The notes below the pieces were generated by a model, which was not told the DNA's origin, made no database searches, and saw only the letters and a program-made list of their open reading frames with translations. A DNA stretch of 64,000 bases, taken from the NCBI GenBank assembly GCA_963733295.1, contig CAVTCS010000003.1, forward strand, positions 1,536,001-1,600,000, written 5' to 3'. Numbering within the stretch: position 1 is the first letter of the stretch; each line of letters opens with the position of its first letter. A program made the position numbers and the translations under genes. Shown piece after piece: positions 40,265 to 49,244 of this stretch. The stretch comes from Vulcanimicrobiota bacterium (GTDB lineage Bacteria; Vulcanimicrobiota; Vulcanimicrobiia; Vulcanimicrobiales; Vulcanimicrobiaceae).

Positions 40265-41596
40265 ATGAACCGAACGATCGGCGCCGCCGCGCTGGCCCTC
40301 GTCTTGCTGGCGCGCGCCCCGTTCGCGCTGGCCTCCACGCCCGCGCAAAGCACGCTCACGGGACTCGACATCATCGAGCTCGAGATCGCTTGGACGACGC
40401 TGATGTCGCAGTATTACCGGCCGTTGACCGGCGTCCAGTTGCTCGAGGGCGCGCGGAGCGGGCTCATTGCCTACTTGAAAACGCGCGGGGTCAAGAATCC
40501 GGTCATCCCTTCCGCCCCTGCCAACATCGATCGCTGGCAGGCCGAGGATCGCGTGGTCAGCGACGTCGTCTTCGCCGTCCGTCACTACCAAAAAGCGATC
40601 CGCAGCACCGACCTGATCGATGCAGCCGTCGCGGGCGAGCTGGCGTCGACGCACGATCCGTACACCGTGCTCTTCAAGCCGGAAGCCTATCACAGCTTCG
40701 TCAAGTCTCTCGACGGGTCGAAGTTCGGCGGAATCGGCGTTCAGCTCGCGCTCGACGGCGCGGGCGGGGCGGTGCGCATTGCGCAAGTCTTCCCCGCGAG
40801 TCCGGCCGAGAAAGCGGGGCTCGACGAGGGAGATCTGATCGCGAGCATCGACGGCAAGCCGGCCGCCGGCCTTTCAAGCGACGCGCTGCGCGCGCTGCTG
40901 CGCGGTGCGCCGGGTAGCGCAGTGAAACTTGGGATCGTGCGCGACGGCAAGGAACTGCCTCAGTCGGTGCAAGTCGTTCGAGCGCAAGTCGTGGCGCCCG
41001 ACGTGACGGGACGCCTCTTACCGGGCGACATCGGCTACGTCCGCCTGACGAGTTTCGGCGCGCAAGTCGGCAGCGAACTGGACGCCGTATTGGCGCGTCT
41101 CGGGGCACGCGGCGCACGCGCCTACGTGCTCGATCTGCGCGACAACGGCGGCGGTTATCGCGACGGCGCGATCCAGGTCGCTTCACACTTCATCGCGGCG
41201 GGAACGATCGTCTCGACGCAAGAGCGGCGCGGCCCCCCGACGGTCTACAAAGCGCTGAAGACGCCGACGATCGGGGCACCCCTCGCCGTGCTCGTCAACG
41301 GCGACACGGCTTCGGCTTCGGAGATCGTCGCCGGCGCGATCCAGGACTCGCACGCGGGAACCATCGTCGGCGTGCGCACCTTCGGGAAGGGACTCGTCCA
41401 GGAAGCTTTCCCGTTGCCCGACGGAGCCGGTATGAAGCTGACGGTCGCGCGCTACTTTACGCCGAGCGGCCGGAACATCGATGGCGTGGGCATTACGCCC
41501 GACGTCGTTCTTGCCCAACCAACGAACGCGCGAACGGGGCAACCCGGAAACGACCCGCAACTCGACCGGGCGCTGCAGATTCTGCAAGCGACGTAG
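40265..41596 (+). CDS. C-terminal processing protease, S41 family (CtpA/Prc-like) with PDZ domain
   Basis: DPYT, FGGIG, LDLRDNGGG, TASASEIVAG, TFGKG, GITPD. Confidence 0.93.
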   Translation: MNRTIGAAALALVLLARAPFALASTPAQSTLTGLDIIELEIAWTTLMSQYYRPLTGVQLLEGARSGLIAYLKTRGVKNPVIPSAPANIDRWQAEDRVVSDVVFAVRHYQKAIRSTDLIDAAVAGELASTHDPYTVLFKPEAYHSFVKSLDGSKFGGIGVQLALDGAGGAVRIAQVFPASPAEKAGLDEGDLIASIDGKPAAGLSSDALRALLRGAPGSAVKLGIVRDGKELPQSVQVVRAQVVAPDVTGRLLPGDIGYVRLTSFGAQVGSELDAVLARLGARGARAYVLDLRDNGGGYRDGAIQVASHFIAAGTIVSTQERRGPPTVYKALKTPTIGAPLAVLVNGDTASASEIVAGAIQDSHAGTIVGVRTFGKGLVQEAFPLPDGAGMKLTVARYFTPSGRNIDGVGITPDVVLAQPTNARTGQPGNDPQLDRALQILQAT

Positions 41597-41623
41597 GCGC
41601 CGCGGTCTCGCGACGCTCTCGAT

Positions 41624-42034
41624 CTATTTTTCGACGTAAGCCTTAAAGTTGAATTGCCGGGCGTCGTTGTACGCGGTCCCGGTCATCTTACCGTTTTCGA
41701 AGGTTCCGTCGACCTGGATCCCGCCCTCCATCCCGAACCTCAGGTGAAGCTTCGTGCCTTGCAGCGTCCCGGTCACGGTAACGACGTGCGCTTGTTTGGG
41801 CGAATAACTGATCGAGTTCGGGGTGTAGTTGCCGGAGATGTTGCCTTGCGGGTTGATCGAGATGTTAAGCGTACCTGAGTAGGGCGCCACGGCGCTGCCG
41901 GCTTTCGCGGCGACGAGCGTCGCCTGCAGCGTGAGATTCTGAGTGGTCGTCGCAGCGCTGCCCCCGAGAGTCGCGAGCGAGAACGCCATCGACCCGAACA
42001 GGAAGGCAGCTGGAAAGCGGAGCTTCGCGTTCAC
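41624..42034 (-). CDS. Secreted hypothetical protein
   Basis: GGAGG before GTG 42034, signal peptide, beta-rich mature part. Confidence 0.7.
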   Translation of the reverse strand: MNAKLRFPAAFLFGSMAFSLATLGGSAATTTQNLTLQATLVAAKAGSAVAPYSGTLNISINPQGNISGNYTPNSISYSPKQAHVVTVTGTLQGTKLHLRFGMEGGIQVDGTFENGKMTGTAYNDARQFNFKAYVEK

Positions 42035-42099
42035 GGAACCTCCAAAGCCGGCACAACGCCGAGCCGTGAACGCTTCGCCGGTCGCACCGACGGTTACTA

Positions 42100-42927
42100 T
42101 CAGATCGGCGTCCGCTGGCTCACGTTGCGCGCGCGATGCCCAGCCTCGAATAGCGTCAACCAAAGGTAGGCACTTGAGACCCCAAATTGGGGCCAGTAGC
42201 CCGGCGGCACACTATTTTGTGCCATAGCGCGTCTCGTGATGCTCTCCGTCCACGCTTTCTTGGCCAGCGCTTCATTTCGAAGCGCTAATTCTGACATGCC
42301 CAGGTACAGCGAGGCGTCGGAGCCGTTGGGGAAAAGTTGAAGACACTTTTCAAAAAATGCCTTCGCCGCCGAATAACGACCCTCGCTTCCTGCGAGCAAC
42401 CCGGCGACGAGGAAATCGTAGTACCCGGAATCCGTCAGATGCGGGTCCTCGCCGACCTTCCACTGAGTATACTGAAGGTGAAACCAAGCGAACCCCTTCG
42501 CAAAGTTCCCGGTCGCAATGAGTCGCAGCCCAGGATTCGGCACGGCCACAGTCGGGTCGTCGAATGGGTTCGCGGGGTGTGCCGTGTGTTGATCCGCGAT
42601 GGCAGCGCGCCAGAGCGACTCGCCACTCGCAACCTTACCACGAGAAATGTCCTCGACACCGAATTTTAGCTCCGCGTCGATAACTGAGTCGAACGCAAGC
42701 TTTGCTCTGACGTTCTTCCCCGAGTCATAGTTCAAAAGTACAAGACGCCGCGTGACGGGGAGACACTTGCGTGTCAGGGCTGCCGGTTCAACAGCATATT
42801 CTTGGAAGTCATCAGACGCTGTAACAATCTTGACGAGGCGAGTCTCGCATCCGATTGCAGCTACAATCGAATGAGTTGGAGGCTTGCTATGCCACCCCAA
42901 GGCCAGAATCGCAGCGGCAACGATCAT
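42100..42927 (-). CDS. TPR-containing hypothetical protein
   Basis: G.YSAAK.FFEKCL.L.P..S.A..YLG TPR pattern. Lower-GC codon usage than its neighbours. Confidence 0.6.
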   Translation of the reverse strand: MIVAAAILALGWHSKPPTHSIVAAIGCETRLVKIVTASDDFQEYAVEPAALTRKCLPVTRRLVLLNYDSGKNVRAKLAFDSVIDAELKFGVEDISRGKVASGESLWRAAIADQHTAHPANPFDDPTVAVPNPGLRLIATGNFAKGFAWFHLQYTQWKVGEDPHLTDSGYYDFLVAGLLAGSEGRYSAAKAFFEKCLQLFPNGSDASLYLGMSELALRNEALAKKAWTESITRRAMAQNSVPPGYWPQFGVSSAYLWLTLFEAGHRARNVSQRTPI

Positions 42928-43033
42928 ACCAATCTCGCGATTTTAACTACCCTCAGATCGGCGTCCGCAAACCGTGCGCCGGCGGGATGCGGAAGCGGCG
43001 AGCGCTGTGGTCGCGCGTCACTCTCTGGTCGAG

Positions 43034-45553
43034 CTAACGCTGCCACAGAATCTCGTGGGCTTCGAGCGGGATCGAAGCCTCATCGTTGTTCGGAATCACA
43101 CGCGGCGTAAAGGCGTCCGGAGGCTTGTCCTCAGGCAGGCGCGCGACATAGACGAAGGCCGCATGGTCGATCGGAACCGAGCGCTCCATGAGGATGCGCT
43201 CGGGACGATCTCCCTCGCCGCCGGCCGAGTACAACTCGACGCGGACCGCGCTGGGCTCGATCGCGCCGAGCGACACGACGATGCGATATTCGAATCCGTC
43301 GCCCGATCGCTCGACATGCGGCACGCCGAATGCGATATCGCCCCAGTGCTTTTCGAGCGTGGAATGCCAACGATCCAGCTCCCAGCCGGCGCGGCAGCGG
43401 TCCGCGAGCCGCCGGCGGAAGTTGCGGGCAGCCGGGAGGTAGTACGTGTCGACGTAGTCGCGCACCATGCGCGATGCCGAAAACTGCGGCGAAAGCGTCG
43501 CCATACTGCAACGCATCTTCTCGATCCAGGCTTCGGGCCTATTTCTCGCGTCGCGCTTGTAGAAGAGCGGGATGACTTCGCGTTCGAGCAGGTCGTAGAG
43601 CGCGCGAGCTTCGTGCGCGTCCAAGTCGGGGTCGGGACCGCCGTGCTCGAGACCCTCGCCGAGCGCCCATCCGACGTCAGGCCGGTACGCTTCCGCCCAC
43701 CAGCCGTCGAGGACCGAGAGATTCAAACCGCCGTTGACGAGGACTTTCATCCCGCTCGTTCCGCTGGCTTCCCAGGGCCTGCGCGGCGTGTTGAGCCAGA
43801 CGTCGACGCCTTGCACGAACTCGGCTGCGACGTTGAGATCGTAATCGCTCACGAACACGACGCGGTGATTGATGTCGGGCCGCTCCGAGAAAGCGAACCA
43901 CTCGCGGATCATCGCCTTCCCCTGCTCGTCGCGCGGGTGCGCTTTTCCCGCGACGACGATTTGAATCGGACGCTCGGCGTCGAGGATCATGCGCACGAGC
44001 CGCTCTTCGTCCGCAAGCAACAGCGTGGGGCGCTTGTACTCCGTAAAGCGCCGCGCGAACCCGAGCGTCAAGATTTCGTCATCGAGCACGCGCCCCGCTT
44101 GCTCGATGCGCTCGGCCGGCGCGCCGGCCGCCAAAGCTTGGCGGGTCAGACGCGTCCGAACGCGCTCGATCAGGTGCGCTCGATTTTCGCCGCGCATCTC
44201 CCACACGGCGGCGTGCTCGATTCCGGGCAACGGCGCGACCAAGTTCATCAGTAAGCCGCGCGACGGATCGTCCTTCCCCGCTTCGGTCCAGAGCGGACCC
44301 GCGGCCGTTGAATCCCAACTCGGCAAGTGCGCGCCGTTCGTAACGCAACCGACCGGGATCTCGGACTGCGGCCAGCGCGGGAAGAGCGCCGAGAAGAGCG
44401 GGCGGCTCACCCTCGAGTGCAAACGGCTGACGCCGTTGACGTATCCGCTGCCGCGAATGGCGAGATAGGCCATGTTGAAGGGATCGTCCGGCGACGCGTC
44501 CGGCTCGCGACCCAGCGACAGCAACTCATCGACGCCGACCCGCAGTTCGGATAAGTGCCGCCCGAGATAACGCGTAACGAGAGCGGGATCGTACCGGTCG
44601 AACGCGGCGGTGACCGGCGTGTGCGTCGTGAAGATCGTTCCGGCACGAGCCACCGGTAGCGCGACCGAAAACGGTACGCCGTTGTCGTCAACGATCCCGC
44701 GCGCGCGTTCGAGAACCGCAAGCGCGGCGTGTCCCTCGTTGAGGTGGAGCACGTCCGGATCGAGGCGCAACGCGCGGATCAGGCGCCAACCGCCGACGCC
44801 GAGGATGTACTCCTGCTCCCAGCGGACCTCGGGGTCGCCGTTGTAGAGCTGCGAGGTGATGCCGCGATCGAGTGCGCTGTTCGCCGGATCGTTGCTGTCC
44901 AGCAGGTAGAGCGCAACCCTTCCGATTCGCGCGATCCAGGCGCGCAGGTAGACGGTGCGTCCGGGAAACTCCAGCGGAATGCGCAACAGCCCTCCTGCGA
45001 GGTCCCGCGCGCGTTCGATCGGCATCTCGCTCGGATCGTTGGCGGGATACAACTCGTGCTGCGTTCCGCCGGCGTCGAGCGCTTGCCGGAAATAACCCTC
45101 TTGGTACAGCAAACCGACACCGACGACCGGTACGCCGAGATCGCTCGAGGCCTTGAGCAGATCGCCCGCCAGAACGCCGAGGCCGCCCGAATAGATCGGA
45201 AGAGCTTCGCTCAAGCCGAACTCCATGCTGAAGTAGGCAGCCAACCGCAAGGGCGTTTGCGCGCGCTCGTTTTGAAACCACATCGGATCGCTAAGGCGGC
45301 GCTCGCGGTCGTGAATTGAGTCCTGGACGAGCGCGACGAAATCGCCGTCGTTCGCGAGGCGCTCGAATTCAAGGTCGCTACAGGATGTGATGACCGCCCA
45401 AGGATTGCGTGAGGCGGCCCACAGATCCGGATCGATCCGCCTCCAGATCCGTTCGGCCCGGTGAGCGGATGACCAGCGCAGGTCGAGAGCGAGTTCGTCG
45501 AGGCCCGCGAGCGCCCGGGGAAGGCGCGACTCGTGGGGACGGCGGTTCGGCAT
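43034..45553 (-). CDS. glgP: Alpha-glucan (glycogen/maltodextrin) phosphorylase
   Basis: YFSMEFG, YSGGLG.LAGD, HLNEGH, ARRF..YKR, EASGTSGMK PLP site. Confidence 0.97.
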   Translation of the reverse strand: MPNRRPHESRLPRALAGLDELALDLRWSSAHRAERIWRRIDPDLWAASRNPWAVITSCSDLEFERLANDGDFVALVQDSIHDRERRLSDPMWFQNERAQTPLRLAAYFSMEFGLSEALPIYSGGLGVLAGDLLKASSDLGVPVVGVGLLYQEGYFRQALDAGGTQHELYPANDPSEMPIERARDLAGGLLRIPLEFPGRTVYLRAWIARIGRVALYLLDSNDPANSALDRGITSQLYNGDPEVRWEQEYILGVGGWRLIRALRLDPDVLHLNEGHAALAVLERARGIVDDNGVPFSVALPVARAGTIFTTHTPVTAAFDRYDPALVTRYLGRHLSELRVGVDELLSLGREPDASPDDPFNMAYLAIRGSGYVNGVSRLHSRVSRPLFSALFPRWPQSEIPVGCVTNGAHLPSWDSTAAGPLWTEAGKDDPSRGLLMNLVAPLPGIEHAAVWEMRGENRAHLIERVRTRLTRQALAAGAPAERIEQAGRVLDDEILTLGFARRFTEYKRPTLLLADEERLVRMILDAERPIQIVVAGKAHPRDEQGKAMIREWFAFSERPDINHRVVFVSDYDLNVAAEFVQGVDVWLNTPRRPWEASGTSGMKVLVNGGLNLSVLDGWWAEAYRPDVGWALGEGLEHGGPDPDLDAHEARALYDLLEREVIPLFYKRDARNRPEAWIEKMRCSMATLSPQFSASRMVRDYVDTYYLPAARNFRRRLADRCRAGWELDRWHSTLEKHWGDIAFGVPHVERSGDGFEYRIVVSLGAIEPSAVRVELYSAGGEGDRPERILMERSVPIDHAAFVYVARLPEDKPPDAFTPRVIPNNDEASIPLEAHEILWQR

Positions 45554-45612
45554 GGTACTCCTATAGGACAGGCCGGCGCTACACCGGCGGCCGGCGGGAC
45601 TCTAAGCTTGCC

Positions 45613-45789
45613 CTAAGGTGTATCGCAGGGCGGATGCCCGCAATTGCACATCGAGCCGCCTTCTTCCGTTTCCTCGGCCGCGGCACAGGAGTCGCTGCAG
45701 TAGGCTTCGGCCGGATCGGAATCCATCAAGTCGGCGGTCACCATGCACTCGCACATGTCGTGCCCGCACTCCATCTTTTCCGAGTTCAT
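45613..45789 (-). CDS. Bacterial metallothionein-like protein (58 aa, absent from the ORF track)
   Basis: MNSEKMECGHDMCECMVTADLMDSDPAEAYCSDSCAAAEETEEGGSMCNCGHPPCDTP. AGGGGAG RBS. 8 Cys and 2 His, with YCS..CA and CGH motifs as in the SmtA/BmtA family. Confidence 0.85.
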   Translation of the reverse strand: MNSEKMECGHDMCECMVTADLMDSDPAEAYCSDSCAAAEETEEGGSMCNCGHPPCDTP

Positions 45790-45831
45790 CGTTCTCAGAC
45801 TCCCCTAAAGCAGCGGGCGTATGATGGCGCC

Positions 45832-46416
45832 ATGAAACGACTCGTCGCAATCCTTTCCCTCGGTTTATTGCTCTCCCCGTCCCTCGCCTTCGCTCAGGAA
45901 TCTCCGGCGCAGCCGGCGCCTGCGCGAACCACCCCGAACGCGCAGATGCGCGCCCTCATGGAGCAGGCCCGCACGCAGATGGTGCAGATCCACGCGCAGG
46001 CTCGTAACCAGATGCTCGGCTCGCTGAGCCCCGCACACCGCACCGCAGTCGCCAACGTCATCGGACAATTGGCGATCGCTCAAAACCCGAATCCCGCCTT
46101 AGCAGCGCGCCAGATCGATGCCGTCCTCACTCAAGCGGAAGGCCAGTCGATCTTGCGGACCCACGCAGCTGCGAAGGCGCAAATGCTCACGCTCCGCACG
46201 CAGATGCGCGCTCAATTCGAGAGCTCGCTGACGGCCGACCAGCGCGCTCAGATGGAGGCTCACCGCGCGCAATTCGCACAACAGCACCCCGGCGGCATGA
46301 ACGCACGTCCCTCGAGCACCGATCCCGGAACGATCTTGCTCCGCTCCCTGTCGCCGGCCGGCGCAGGCCAATGGATGCACGGCGGACGGGGTGGTCCCGG
46401 ACCCTCACCAGCATAA
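45832..46416 (+). CDS. Periplasmic helical Met/Gln-rich protein, Spy/CpxP-like
   Basis: Signal peptide (AFA-Q), LT..Q-type motifs (VLTQAE, LTADQR). Confidence 0.6.
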   Translation: MKRLVAILSLGLLLSPSLAFAQESPAQPAPARTTPNAQMRALMEQARTQMVQIHAQARNQMLGSLSPAHRTAVANVIGQLAIAQNPNPALAARQIDAVLTQAEGQSILRTHAAAKAQMLTLRTQMRAQFESSLTADQRAQMEAHRAQFAQQHPGGMNARPSSTDPGTILLRSLSPAGAGQWMHGGRGGPGPSPA

Positions 46417-46474
46417 AGCTCGGCCATACGGCCCAGGCTTGAGAACGCCGTCTCCGGCGGGTACGCTGGAGGCG

Positions 46475-47611
46475 ATGTTCTTTCATTTCACCGTTCGGGC
46501 GGCCGTGACGACGGTCGCCTGTGCCGGTGTCCTTTCGTGTGTTTCCGCGCAGCCGGCCGGACCGGATGCACCACCCGGTTTTCGAGTGGAAACAATCGCG
46601 CACGTGCGCCTCGCGCGCGAACTGCTAGCGGCGCCGGACGGCGACCTGATCGTCGGCACCGGCGGCAGCAGGGTCTTCGTGATCCGCGACGCCGAGGGTA
46701 CGCCATCGCCGGCCGAACTTCTGGTCGACGTCGGCGATGCGCAGGCGGCGGGCGTTGCGCTCGGGCCGGGCGCGCTGTACGTCGGCAGTCAGTTCGCCGT
46801 CTGGCGCGTCCCTTACGAGCCCGGCGCGCTCGGGGCGCAGCGACCCGTCAAAATCGAGAGCGTCCGGCCCGGCGGTTCGGGTGCCCATACCACCACCTCG
46901 GTCGCGGTCGCGGCGGGGCATCTCTTCTACAGCGTCGGTTCATCCTGCAATGCGTGCACCGAAAGCGATCCGACGCGCGCGAGCATCTTCGAAGCCGAAC
47001 TCGACGGACGCGACCCGCACGTCGTCGCCAAGCACATCCGCAATGCGATCGCGCTCGCGGTCCAGCCCGGAACGGAGGCGGTCTGGGCGGGTGTCGCAGG
47101 GCAAGACGAACTCGAGCACGGCCATCCCTACGAGATCTTCGATCCGTTCACGGCCTACGCCGGCACGCCCGACTACGGCTGGCCGATCTGTTACGAAAAC
47201 CGGCGCCCCGTTCACGCCGGCGACGACTGCTCGCAGGTCGTGGTATCGCGCGTGGTCTTTCCTGCCTACGACACGCCGATCGGTGCGGTCTTCTACCCGC
47301 TGCACGAAAGCGGACGATATGCGTTTCCGCCCGAGTACGCCGGCGGAGCCTTTGTCGCGCTGCACGGCTCGTGGCATCCGCCGCCCGTCCCGCCCCGCGT
47401 CGCCTTCGTCCCGTTCCGCGACGGCGAACCCGAGAGGGCAGTCGATTGGAACGATCCGAACGTTCAGTGGCGGGAGTTCTTGAGCGGCTTTCAGGGCAGC
47501 TTCGGGCGGCGCATCGGACGCCCGACCGGCATCGCGGTCGGTTCGCAGGGCAGTTTATTCGTCGCTGACGACCAAGCGGGGGTCGTTTATCGGGTTCGCC
47601 CATCCCGCTGA
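46475..47611 (+). CDS. Glucose/sorbosone dehydrogenase family beta-propeller (PQQ-dependent sugar dehydrogenase-like)
   Basis: SVGSSCNAC.E, IRNA, DYGWP.CY, ALHGSW, GRP.G....GSL.VADD. Confidence 0.85.
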   Translation: MFFHFTVRAAVTTVACAGVLSCVSAQPAGPDAPPGFRVETIAHVRLARELLAAPDGDLIVGTGGSRVFVIRDAEGTPSPAELLVDVGDAQAAGVALGPGALYVGSQFAVWRVPYEPGALGAQRPVKIESVRPGGSGAHTTTSVAVAAGHLFYSVGSSCNACTESDPTRASIFEAELDGRDPHVVAKHIRNAIALAVQPGTEAVWAGVAGQDELEHGHPYEIFDPFTAYAGTPDYGWPICYENRRPVHAGDDCSQVVVSRVVFPAYDTPIGAVFYPLHESGRYAFPPEYAGGAFVALHGSWHPPPVPPRVAFVPFRDGEPERAVDWNDPNVQWREFLSGFQGSFGRRIGRPTGIAVGSQGSLFVADDQAGVVYRVRPSR

Positions 47612-47624
47612 CGAAGAGTGGGTC

Positions 47625-48458
47625 GTGAGTGATAAACTGACCTACGGCTCGTACTTGAAAATCGACGAGCTTCTTTCAATCCAGCATCCGCTGAGCGATC
47701 CACCTCACCACGATGAGATGCTCTTTATCGTCATCCATCAAGTGTACGAGCTGTGGTTCAAGTTGCTGTTGCACGAGATCGAAGCGGCGATGCGTTTCCT
47801 CGCCTCCGACGACCTGCTCAAAGTTCAGAAAAACTTCCGGCGCATCCATGCGATCCAGCAAGTGCTGGAGCATCAAATCGACGTTCTGGAAACGATGACG
47901 CCGCAAGAGTTCAACGCGTTTCGCGACGGACTCGATCCCGCCAGCGGGTTCCAATCGGCGCAGTTTCGTGAAATCGAGTTTCTTTGCGGCGCGCAAAGGA
48001 CCGGGTATCTGCGTTTTCTCGAACCGACCGGCCGCGAGCGCGAGGAATTGGAACGCCGGCTCGCTTCGCCAACGTTGCACGACGCACTCCTCGAGTTGTT
48101 GGCCAAGCGCGGCTACCGCGTCGAGCCGCACGACGCGCTGATCGAAAGCCTCAAGACGATCTACGACGACGCCGAGAAGCGCTACGACCTCTACCTCTTG
48201 CTCGAAGACTTCATCGAGTTCGACGAGCGCTTCTTACTCTGGCGTGGACGCCACGTCCGGATGGTCGAACGCATGATCGGCCTCAAACCCGGCACCGGCG
48301 GTTCGCTCGGCGTCGCCTATTTGGAGAAGACGCTGTCCAAGAAGTTCTTTCCCGAGCTTTGGGAGGTGCGCACGCACCTCGGCACCGCGCGCCCTTACGG
48401 CGTTCTCTCCGAAGCCGCGAGCACTCCGGCCGAGCGAGGAGATTCGTCGACGGCGTAA
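47625..48458 (+). CDS. kynA: Tryptophan 2,3-dioxygenase
   Basis: HDEMLFIVIHQ.YELW.K, ASGFQS.QFR, W...H..MVER.IG.K.GTGGS.G. Confidence 0.96.
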   Translation: MSDKLTYGSYLKIDELLSIQHPLSDPPHHDEMLFIVIHQVYELWFKLLLHEIEAAMRFLASDDLLKVQKNFRRIHAIQQVLEHQIDVLETMTPQEFNAFRDGLDPASGFQSAQFREIEFLCGAQRTGYLRFLEPTGREREELERRLASPTLHDALLELLAKRGYRVEPHDALIESLKTIYDDAEKRYDLYLLLEDFIEFDERFLLWRGRHVRMVERMIGLKPGTGGSLGVAYLEKTLSKKFFPELWEVRTHLGTARPYGVLSEAASTPAERGDSSTA

Positions 48459-48931
48459 CCGCGCTCGCGGCAGGCGCGCCGCGCCGCTTCGCGACGGGGC
48501 GCCCACTCGTTCGAGTACGTCCGGACGTTCGCCGTCGCCAAGAACAACGGTTCGTCGCACTCGATCAAAAGTTTTTGCGCGAGGAGTTTATCGTAGACCG
48601 GCGTCGCGCCGAGAACCTGTAAGCAAAAGAGCGCATCCGGCGCCCGAATGTTGTAAGAATCGTACGGAACGATCGTATAACGCATGCCGCTTGCGCTTTC
48701 GACCGTAAAACGCCGCCGGGCGAGCCACGTGCGCCGCTGCCGCGACGTCAGTTTCGAGAGGAACAGCTCGCGGGCCCGAGCCTCGGCCTCCGCCCCGAAG
48801 GTGCGGCGTCCACAAAGACCCTGTCCCAGTCGTGGAAGGGCGACGTTAACGACGTACCACCCGCCGGCCAAGATCGCCGCGCTCGCAGCGAGACAGCCGA
48901 GAAAAGCCAGCAGGTCGACGAAAACCGGCAA
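48395..48931 (-). CDS. Hypothetical protein with N-terminal TM helix, partner of the GG-ending protein
   Basis: TTG start directly follows the upstream TAG. Globular domain AEARAREL..SG.RY.I...N....FC...D.LLAQKLL.E.DE..FL..AN. Confidence 0.7.
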   Translation of the reverse strand: MPVFVDLLAFLGCLAASAAILAGGWYVVNVALPRLGQGLCGRRTFGAEAEARARELFLSKLTSRQRRTWLARRRFTVESASGMRYTIVPYDSYNIRAPDALFCLQVLGATPVYDKLLAQKLLIECDEPLFLATANVRTYSNEWAPRREAARRACRERGYAVDESPRSAGVLAASERTP

Positions 48932-49174
48932 CTAGCCGCCTGCGAACCGGTGCGAAACGACTACTTCGCTCGCTTGCGGATCGAAGGTGGTGAGGATGCG
49001 ACCCGGCTGCGTCGAGACGTCGAAAGCGACGAAGTTGCGCTCCATCAAGTCTCTGAAGCGCGCTGCCACTTCGGCGACCGCCGCAGGGTCGCTCGGATCG
49101 AAGCAAAGGCGCGTGTCGCCGGTGCTGTCGAGAATGCGTATCACGTGCATCGGACGGGAACCGCTTGTCTCCAC
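48932..49174 (-). CDS. Small protein (80 aa) ending in Gly-Gly, ubiquitin/sulfur-carrier-like candidate
   Basis: ATAGGAG RBS 6 nt before GTG. Apparent strand-strand-helix-strand pattern. C-terminus RFAGG. Confidence 0.75.
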   Translation of the reverse strand: METSGSRPMHVIRILDSTGDTRLCFDPSDPAAVAEVAARFRDLMERNFVAFDVSTQPGRILTTFDPQASEVVVSHRFAGG

Positions 49175-49244
49175 GAAACGCTCCTATCTCAAAGAAGGAT
49201 GCTCGTGCTTTTCCCGTTTTCCCGGACTTTTCCGCGACCCGCTC

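Noticed and set aside
48932..49174. ThiS/MoaD or Pup/UBact assignment
   Set aside because: No thiamine, Moco or proteasome genes are adjacent, and it ends in GG rather than GGE/GGQ. Left as an unassigned Ubl-like candidate.
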